DNA of 64,000 bases, from the NCBI GenBank assembly GCA_963831855.1, contig CAWHSA010000002.1, positions 635,656 to 699,655 on the forward strand, read 5' to 3'. Source of the stretch: an uncultured Bacteroidales bacterium (GTDB lineage: Bacteria > Bacteroidota > Bacteroidia > Bacteroidales > VadinHA17). The notes beneath the pieces are model-generated. The model saw only the letters and a program-made list of their open reading frames with translations. It was not told the DNA's origin and did no database searches. Below, piece after piece: positions 57,684 through 64,000 of the stretch; position 1 is the first letter of the stretch; every line of letters starts with the position of its first letter. The translations under genes and the position numbers were made by a program.

Positions 57684-58661
57684 TTATTTCCTGATCACCC
57701 TTATAAATATATGTATGCCAATAATCAGAACCAGCAATACAAAAATTCCCATGCTGATATAATTAAGATACTCATTGCGGTTCGCCCCGATAACAAAAGA
57801 CTCATTAAGAATAATGCTGTTCAAGAATCCGTTCCTGCGCTGCTCTTTTGACCTGAATTTGTACAGCGATGACATCAGCAATGAGTTCTGTGAATGGCAT
57901 TCGTTGCATTTTTTGACCGCCTTCTCCTTTGGATTGATCAGGTGTGAAACCAGGATGTCATTATTGACTTCCGAGTGACATTCAATGCATCTGACATTTT
58001 TAAAATGTGCCGCCTGATTCGGCAGCCATTCATGCTTCTCAAGAATATTGATCTCATCACGATCAGACAGAAGCTTGAAATGATTGTAGTTGGAATGACA
58101 ATTAAGACAAATATTGTTGTCGTATAAGATTGTCTCCTTGAGGTTGGTACTGTTCCTGATACTGATCCGGTAATCATGTGGTCCATGACATTTCCAGCAT
58201 GAAAATCCGACATCTTCCAGCTTGAAATGTATGCTCTTCTGATATTCAGCCTCAATTTCCTCAAACTTGAACCTGGCAAATTTTTCATCACCGCCATGAC
58301 AATCAATGCAGTTATACTGCTGTTCCATCCTTAGCTCTCCGGCATGAGGAAATTTTACATATTCCTCAGAGTGACAATCTGTACAGCTGAAGCTTTTGTG
58401 ATTGGACCGGTAAAAATCGTTCCTGATGACTATCTGTTCCGGAAACATCAATGCTCTAACCTTTTTACCCTGGCTCTCATTCGTGTATTCGTAGGTGTTT
58501 TGTCCATGGCATTTAAAGCACCTTTCATTAGCTTCTGTATACGGAGAAATGAAGTGTACAGTATCCGCCTGGCCCGGGTCTTGAGCATCCAGATTGTAAA
58601 AAGCGGTCTCAGCAGAAATCAGTGCAGACAGGATTAGAAACGGGCGGTTCAGAAATTTCAT
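57684..58661 (-). CDS. Seven-haem c-type cytochrome with C-terminal membrane anchor
   Basis: Signal peptide. Seven CxxCH motifs (CFKCH, CTDCH, CIDCH, CWKCH, CLNCH, CIECH, CNECH). C-terminal TM helix ISMGIFVLLVLIIGIHIFI. Confidence 0.88.
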   Translation of the reverse strand: MKFLNRPFLILSALISAETAFYNLDAQDPGQADTVHFISPYTEANERCFKCHGQNTYEYTNESQGKKVRALMFPEQIVIRNDFYRSNHKSFSCTDCHSEEYVKFPHAGELRMEQQYNCIDCHGGDEKFARFKFEEIEAEYQKSIHFKLEDVGFSCWKCHGPHDYRISIRNSTNLKETILYDNNICLNCHSNYNHFKLLSDRDEINILEKHEWLPNQAAHFKNVRCIECHSEVNNDILVSHLINPKEKAVKKCNECHSQNSLLMSSLYKFRSKEQRRNGFLNSIILNESFVIGANRNEYLNYISMGIFVLLVLIIGIHIFIRVIRK

Positions 58662-58678
58662 TCTTTCTTTTCCTGTTA

Positions 58679-59542
58679 CTAAAATCTTACAGTAATATTA
58701 AATCCAACAAGGAAATCACCTTTAGTAAAGTCATTTGTATTGAAAAGCAGATTTGTCTGATTAATTATCTGCGAATAATTGGCAACAAATACCTGGAACG
58801 TATGGGTTGCAGTTCCTATTTCCCACCCAAGAGATACATTTGGCATTGGCTGAACAGCCAGATTCTGCCTTGTAAGGAGCTGGTCATATTCAAGGATCAG
58901 GGAGTGATTGCCAAAAAGGTTTGCGCGGGCACCCGCAGAAATAGCGAAATTCAGGTTTTCATACCCTGATGAATCCGAATATACGGGAACAGAATTGAAA
59001 TATGCAACCGAAGGAGCCACCTGGAGTGATAACTTCTCAGTGATCTTGCGTGCGAGAATAAGCTGGTTAAAATAAGATAACCTGTGAATTTCACTGAATG
59101 ATTCTGACGGTCCGAAAGCGCTTGCAGGTCTCAGGTCAGCAACCATATTGCCATAATAGGAAAGTGAAACCGGCATGCTGTTGTTCTCTGTCTGCTGAAG
59201 TATCAATACTTTCCACTGAATATCCTGGAGCTTATAGTCTTTAGTGGTACCGATACCGAGCATTATCCTGTCAGTTATCCCGTAATTGAGACCAAGCCTT
59301 GTATTTGCAGCCCCATAAATTCCGAAAAGATTATGGTAGTTCTGGATAAGGCTGAACCTGTGATGGATCTCAAGTTCAAGTCCCCCCTTATATGGTGTTG
59401 CAACAGTATGATTATCAATAAGTATAGAGGTTCCAAATGTAAACCTTACCGGTTTTGAGCTTTTTTCTGTCTGGGTCTCTTCCTGCGAAAAAGCCGGTAC
59501 TAAAAAGAATGCTGTCAATAATAGAAGAAATGCCTTTTTCAT
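58679..59542 (-). CDS. Outer-membrane beta-barrel protein (family unassigned)
   Basis: Signal peptide ..LVPAFS|QEE, alternating hydrophobic beta-strand pattern throughout, and the C-terminal ..FLVGFNITVRF with a terminal Phe typical of OMPs. Confidence 0.7.
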   Translation of the reverse strand: MKKAFLLLLTAFFLVPAFSQEETQTEKSSKPVRFTFGTSILIDNHTVATPYKGGLELEIHHRFSLIQNYHNLFGIYGAANTRLGLNYGITDRIMLGIGTTKDYKLQDIQWKVLILQQTENNSMPVSLSYYGNMVADLRPASAFGPSESFSEIHRLSYFNQLILARKITEKLSLQVAPSVAYFNSVPVYSDSSGYENLNFAISAGARANLFGNHSLILEYDQLLTRQNLAVQPMPNVSLGWEIGTATHTFQVFVANYSQIINQTNLLFNTNDFTKGDFLVGFNITVRF

Positions 59543-59572
59543 TGTATCTGGTTTTTTAGTGATTATCCTGAA

Positions 59573-59953
59573 TTAGTTATTTTTTGCACCCTGTTTTATC
59601 CAGGTAAGCACTTTAAGCTTATCGGTATCAGTTGACCTGGAAATATGGCTCCCTGAAGTCATCTTAACATAAAGTAAGCTCGATTCGGCCGCGTTGGTAT
59701 TTAAATAACTTCCGCCTGTAAGAGAAGCATATGATTTTCCGGCACGGAGATCAGGTTGTTGAGATCCTCCGTGACATCCGCTGCAATTTGTGGTAAAAAT
59801 TGGCTGGATATCTGTTGCAAAAAATAAAATTGTATTTTGATCGATAACAGGCGGGGTATACTGATATTTCTCACAGGATGACAATACAGCAATGGAAGCA
59901 GGCAGAATAACTGCATAAATAAAGTTGCATAGTTTTTTTCTTTTCAGGCTCAT
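59573..59953 (-). CDS. Small haem-binding lipoprotein (PSCyt-like CxxCH domain)
   Basis: Lipobox AVLSSC. IQPIFTTNCSGCHGGSQQPDLRAG resembles the planctomycete-type cytochrome c domain. First gene of the eight-gene operon. Confidence 0.65.
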   Translation of the reverse strand: MSLKRKKLCNFIYAVILPASIAVLSSCEKYQYTPPVIDQNTILFFATDIQPIFTTNCSGCHGGSQQPDLRAGKSYASLTGGSYLNTNAAESSLLYVKMTSGSHISRSTDTDKLKVLTWIKQGAKNN

Positions 59954-60060
59954 TTCTATTAGTTTTAAATAATGCCCAAATATACCGGATTAAGCGATGG
60001 ATTTCTTTCGTAACCAGCCCAAAAACACAATGTTATACATGCTTTTTAGCATATCAATTA

Positions 60061-60074
60061 TTGATTTTTGTCAC
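60061..60074. promoter_or_regulatory. Candidate Crp/Fnr-type box TTGATTTTTGTCAC upstream of the cytochrome operon
   Basis: Shares TTGAT-N4-RTCAC(C) with the box at 51700-51713. It lies 108 bp upstream of the first ATG (59953, minus strand) and overlaps the palindrome ATCAATTATTGAT (60053-60065). Confidence 0.3.
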
Positions 60075-60171
60075 CCCTTCAAATGATATTTGTTAAACAG
60101 CATCCTGTATCAACGCCTATTTATATTCCGGTCCGGATAATTATTCAGAATGAGACTATATCATACACAGG

Positions 60172-61950
60172 TCAGAACTTATAACTATTATCCTCTATAA
60201 GCTTATCAGCAATCCTGCGTCTGGCTTCCTTCACATTTACTCCTTTTACTCCGGAAAGATTGTCAATTGCGGTTGATAAAACTTCTGCCTCCGTACAGGA
60301 CCCAAATGAGTTGACCGCATCATACCCCGACTTCCTGATAATATTAGCAGTGTCATAAATATTGACATCAAGGATATCCCTGTAAACCAGTCTGCTACCG
60401 TTTAGCATTTCCAATTTACTGACTCTAAGGAGAAGAGATTCTGACACATAGGTTTCCATCATCATGTCGGCAATATTGTTCAGGACTTCTTGTTCATTAA
60501 CAATCTTCTTTTCAAAATGTTTAACCGCACCATTAACACAAAGGAGTATAGCATTTTTAAAATTCCGTATATACCTGATTTTTTCGTCAAAGTAATCTTC
60601 ACCTTTAACTGCCCCTGATGTTACCTTATCGGCTTCATTGTAAAGCTTTTCAGCTTTCCCGAAAAGGTCAAAATCGCCCTTCATTGCCCGTTTCATTGCA
60701 GTATCGACTACCAGAAGGCGGTTAATTTCATTTGTTCCCTCGAAAATTCTGTTAATTCTGGAATCGCGGTAACCTCTCTCCACGTCCAGTTCGGCGGAGT
60801 ACCCCATACCACCATGGATCTGGACAGCTTCATCTGAAACAAAATCGAGCATTTCTGATCCAAAAACTTTGAGTATCGCAGCTTCAACTGCATAATGACT
60901 TATTGCTTCAATAGAGGCTCGTCCCGTATCGCCGCAATCAACCTTCAGCAACTCCATCATGTCATCAACATCCCTGCTTACCCTGTAAACGGCTGATTCT
61001 GAGGCGAAAAGTCTGATCACCTGGCTGGCAAGCTTATATTTTATTGCCCCGAATGTTGAAATGAAAACGCCAAACTGTTTTCTTTCGTTTGCATATCTGA
61101 CCGAATCTGTTACTGCCTTTTTTGCGGCACCAAGAACATTTGCACCAAGCTTCAGCCTTCCCATATGAAGTATGCTTAAGGCTACTCTGAATCCCTCGCC
61201 CCTTTTCGCCAGGAGGTTTCCGACCGGTACTTTCACATCAGTGTAGTAGATCTGTGCAGTTGACGAACCCTTTATTCCCATCTTATGTTCATCAGGACCC
61301 ACAACTACTCCCGGCATGGTCCGTTCAACTATAAATGCACTGAGGACCCTGTCGTTATCTATTTTTGCAAAGACAACCTGGGTGTCAGCGAAACCGGCAT
61401 TTGTAATCCACATTTTCTGGCCGTTGAGGATATAGTGTTTCCCGTCTTCAGATAACCTGGCATTTGTTTTCCCTGAGTTTGCATCGCTTCCGGCACCGGG
61501 TTCAGTCAGACAGTATGCTCCTATCAGTTCGCCGGTCGCCAGTTTTGTTACATAACGCTCCCGCTGGTCCTTGGTTCCATAATACATTATTGGCAAGGTC
61601 CCGATACCGCAATGAGCCATATAAGCTACTGAAAAAGAATAACCTGCCCCGGTAGTTTCAGCAACAAGCATCTGTGTAACGAATGATTGCCCGAATCCGC
61701 CGAATTCTTCAGGAATTGAAATCCCCATCATGCCAAGTTCACCGCATTTTTTCAGGATGCTTTTCATCAGGTCCCTGTCGCCTTGCTCAATTTCTGTCAT
61801 TTTCGGATAAACCTCTGTTTCCAGGAAATCACGGCATGTCTGGGCGATCATACGCTGTTCCTCGTTAAACTCTTCGGGGATAAAAACATCTTTTGATTCA
61901 ACTTCGGCTACAAGAAATTCACCGCTTTTCAGGAGTTTTCTGCTTTCCAT
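60172..61950 (-). CDS. Long-form acyl-CoA dehydrogenase family protein
   Basis: 592 aa with ACAD N/M/C domains (..YCLTEPGAGSDA.., ..GGMGYS..) plus a C-terminal extension of about 180 aa. Confidence 0.88.
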   Translation of the reverse strand: MESRKLLKSGEFLVAEVESKDVFIPEEFNEEQRMIAQTCRDFLETEVYPKMTEIEQGDRDLMKSILKKCGELGMMGISIPEEFGGFGQSFVTQMLVAETTGAGYSFSVAYMAHCGIGTLPIMYYGTKDQRERYVTKLATGELIGAYCLTEPGAGSDANSGKTNARLSEDGKHYILNGQKMWITNAGFADTQVVFAKIDNDRVLSAFIVERTMPGVVVGPDEHKMGIKGSSTAQIYYTDVKVPVGNLLAKRGEGFRVALSILHMGRLKLGANVLGAAKKAVTDSVRYANERKQFGVFISTFGAIKYKLASQVIRLFASESAVYRVSRDVDDMMELLKVDCGDTGRASIEAISHYAVEAAILKVFGSEMLDFVSDEAVQIHGGMGYSAELDVERGYRDSRINRIFEGTNEINRLLVVDTAMKRAMKGDFDLFGKAEKLYNEADKVTSGAVKGEDYFDEKIRYIRNFKNAILLCVNGAVKHFEKKIVNEQEVLNNIADMMMETYVSESLLLRVSKLEMLNGSRLVYRDILDVNIYDTANIIRKSGYDAVNSFGSCTEAEVLSTAIDNLSGVKGVNVKEARRRIADKLIEDNSYKF

Positions 61951-61984
61951 TATTATTAACTATTTGGTTTACATTATTATAAAA

Positions 61985-62139
61985 GGTGTTCCTGGTTCCT
62001 GGTTCCTGGTTCCTGGTTCCTGGTTCCTGGTTCCTGGTTCCTGGTTCCTGGTTCCTGGTTCCTGGTTCCTGGTTCCTGGTTCCTGGGGTTCCTGGTTCCT
62101 GGTTCCTGGGTTCCTGGTTCCTGGTTCCGGGTTCCGGGT
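61985..62139. repeat. Heptanucleotide microsatellite (GGTTCCT)n, about 21 units, 13 perfectly tandem
   Basis: Perfect 7-mers run from 61994 to 62084. Further units are interrupted by GG and G insertions, and two GGTTCCG variants close the tract. It lies between the Fe-S oxidoreductase stop (62189) and the acyl-CoA dehydrogenase ATG (61950), ending 35 bp upstream of that ATG. Confidence 0.97.
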
Positions 62140-62188
62140 TAAAACAATTAGCAACTGGTAACCAGTAACAAGAAACATTAACTCAGAT

Positions 62189-64000
62189 TTACAATCCCAT
62201 CGCTGAAACTATTAATTCTGCAATATCCATATTCTTTACATCTCCTTCCCTGTTTTTGTATTTAAGGCCATCTGTCATCATTGTCATGCAGAACGGACAG
62301 GCTGTTGCGATTACGGAGGCTCCTGATTTCAGCGCTTCTTCAGTCCTTTCGATGAATATTTCCTTCTCTCCTTTTTCTGCCTCCTTAAACATCTGGCCTC
62401 CACCCGCACCACAGCATAATGCAAAGCTTTTGTTCCTTTGCATCTCAACAAAATTACCGGATATCTTATTAATTATTGAGCGGGGTTCATCATAAATATC
62501 ATTAGCTCTGCCAAGATAACACGGATCATGATAGGTTACAGATATGTTTTTCATGGAAGCATTATCAATGTTCAGCTTCCCTTCCCTGATCATCTTATCA
62601 AGGAACTCTAAATAATTGATAACCTCAAAATTGCCATCAAGGTCGGGGTATTCATTTTTAAATACATTGTAGCAATGCGGGCAGACAGTTATTATTTTCT
62701 CTACTGAATATGCTTTAAGTGTAGAGATTACCTGCATTGCCTGCATCTGATACAGCATCTCGTTGCCTGCACGCCGTGCGGGATCGCCGGTGCAGGTTTC
62801 TTCTTTTCCAAGCACCGCATAGCTCACCTTAAGATGATTTAGTATTTTCGAGAATGCTTTTACCACTTTTTTATACCGGTCGTCAAAAGCGCCAGCACAG
62901 CCTGCCCAGAAAAGGTATTCAGGCTTTTCACCCTTTGCAAAAAGATCTGACATAACAGGGACTCCCTCAGCCCAGTTCAGCCGGTCTTCTGCAGAATACT
63001 GCCATGGGGCTCCATTATTCTCAATATTGTTAAAAACAGCTTTAAGCCCGCCGGGAGCTGAAGCCTCTTCGAGGACGAGGTACCTGCGGATATCAACAAT
63101 GAGTGAAGGATGATTGATATTTACAGGGCATTCTTTTGCACACGCATTGCATGTTGTGCAGGCCCAAAGCTCTTCTTCTGAAATGTAATCTCTTAATAAT
63201 GAACGATTATCAGAATAATCCCTTCCATTTTTTACCATCAAGGGACCTTTTTCCTTCATCCTTTCACGAAGATCCATCATTATCTTTCTGGGTGATAACT
63301 TTTTCCCTGTGATGTTTGCCGGGCACACTGATGTGCACCTTCCACATTGTGTGCAGGAAAGGGAATCGAAATAATTCTTCCACGACGAGTCTTCGACATC
63401 CCTGACCCCGAATCTCTCAACCGGCATGTCAGCTGGCTGTGCAGCAAAAGCAGTATCCGGATCGAGCATTAACTTTACTTCCCTTGTTATGCTTTCCATA
63501 TTTGTCAGCTTGCCAAGGGGCCCGAGCCTTGAAAGAAAAACATTAGGCACGGATAAAAAAACATGAAAATGCTTTGAATAGGGCAGGTAATTAGCAAAGA
63601 AGAAGATGAGGAGGATATGGCTCCACCAGGAAATTTCATACATCACCCTGAAATTTTCTGCATCATAATCCGGGAAAAGGTTAATCAGCATCCCTGCCAC
63701 AGGATATATCTTTTTTACCGGTAATCCTTCAGAAAGGTTATAACCAAGATACCCGGTATTCATTGCCATCAGGGATATCATCAGTAAAAGAATAAGAGAC
63801 AATGCAATATTAGCATCGATATGCGTCATCTTTTTCATCTCAATTCCTTCAAAGCGCCTGACATGGAAAAAAAGTCTCCGCGAAAGGAATATTATTATGG
63901 AAAGAGAGACAAGCAATGCAAATATGTCACCTGAAGCCATAAGGAGATCATAAACCGGACCCAGGAATCTCAGTACTTTGTCTGTACCTGCCAGGCCGTC
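62189..64000 (-). CDS. Membrane-anchored (Fe-S)-binding oxidoreductase, HdrD/GlpC/DsrK-like with CCG domains (probably 5'-truncated by window edge)
   Basis: N-terminal TM helices, two ferredoxin motifs (CTQCGRCTSVCP, CTTCNACAKECP) and two cysteine-rich CCG-type regions (..VCPHCY.., ..LCCGAGGG.., ..ACPFCM..). The reading frame stays open upstream of the listed Met (63940) to position 64000. Confidence 0.75.
   Translation of the reverse strand, partial: DGLAGTDKVLRFLGPVYDLLMASGDIFALLVSLSIIIFLSRRLFFHVRRFEGIEMKKMTHIDANIALSLILLLMISLMAMNTGYLGYNLSEGLPVKKIYPVAGMLINLFPDYDAENFRVMYEISWWSHILLIFFFANYLPYSKHFHVFLSVPNVFLSRLGPLGKLTNMESITREVKLMLDPDTAFAAQPADMPVERFGVRDVEDSSWKNYFDSLSCTQCGRCTSVCPANITGKKLSPRKIMMDLRERMKEKGPLMVKNGRDYSDNRSLLRDYISEEELWACTTCNACAKECPVNINHPSLIVDIRRYLVLEEASAPGGLKAVFNNIENNGAPWQYSAEDRLNWAEGVPVMSDLFAKGEKPEYLFWAGCAGAFDDRYKKVVKAFSKILNHLKVSYAVLGKEETCTGDPARRAGNEMLYQMQAMQVISTLKAYSVEKIITVCPHCYNVFKNEYPDLDGNFEVINYLEFLDKMIREGKLNIDNASMKNISVTYHDPCYLGRANDIYDEPRSIINKISGNFVEMQRNKSFALCCGAGGGQMFKEAEKGEKEIFIERTEEALKSGASVIATACPFCMTMMTDGLKYKNREGDVKNMDIAELIVSAMGL

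Noticed and set aside
53386-59953. Calling the cytochrome operon alternative complex III, NrfABCD nitrite reductase or an MtrCAB-type porin-cytochrome conduit.
   Set aside because: - ACIII: there is no ActB1 molybdopterin-like domain and no second NrfD-type subunit.
- Nrf: no cytochrome here has the NrfA CxxCK haem motif.
- MtrB-like sheath: the barrel is about 287 aa, far smaller than MtrB-like sheaths.

The resemblance is only at the module level.
61964-62178. ORFs of 60-69 aa (PGSWFLV.. / GTRNQEP.. repeats) across the heptamer tract.
   Set aside because: They are open in three frames on both strands purely because the 7-bp unit lacks stop codons. They are not genes.

Overview
This window looks like a chromosomal segment of a Bacteroidota-type genome. 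Supporting markers are a SusC/SusD pair, DUF5683 after parAB, DUF4492 before cydAB, and signal peptides cleaved before Gln. It is densely coded, mostly housekeeping genes. In order:
- 1-8.6 kb: murA 3' end, grpE-dnaJ, an ABC-2 transporter, a sigma-54 activator, an aspartase-like lyase and HydF.
- 8.6-15.6 kb: an SGNH-MBOAT fusion, MltD, DUF5683 and parBA.
- 15.8-32.8 kb: lipid genes (dagK-like, pssA, psd, cdsA), cydAB, hsp20, a flavodiiron protein, ftsH, rsfS, birA, pyrE and coaD.
- 32.8-40.7 kb: lon, a glycoside hydrolase, L31 and a flippase-like protein.
- From 40.8 kb: tRNA-His followed by about 1.1 kb of nested non-coding repeats, then a regulator-less SusC/SusD locus.
- 47.8-60 kb: an anaerobic-respiration island, the most unusual part of the window. 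It holds ccsB/ccsA, a Crp/Fnr regulator and a six-haem lipoprotein cytochrome. It also holds a tightly packed eight-gene operon encoding a haem lipoprotein, an outer-membrane barrel, a seven-haem cytochrome c, a cytochrome b, NrfC-like and NrfD-like subunits, an unknown anchored protein and a monohaem cytochrome c. This operon has no catalytic subunit and matches no characterised complex that I recognise.
- 60.2-64 kb: a long acyl-CoA dehydrogenase and a membrane HdrD/GlpC-like Fe-S oxidoreductase, separated by a tract of about 21 GGTTCCT heptamers.

Other notable items are a 138-bp MITE-like palindromic element, a sigma-54 activator with no DNA-binding domain, and an unannotated CydX-like small ORF. 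All functional calls come from motifs read by eye in the supplied translations. No database search was possible.
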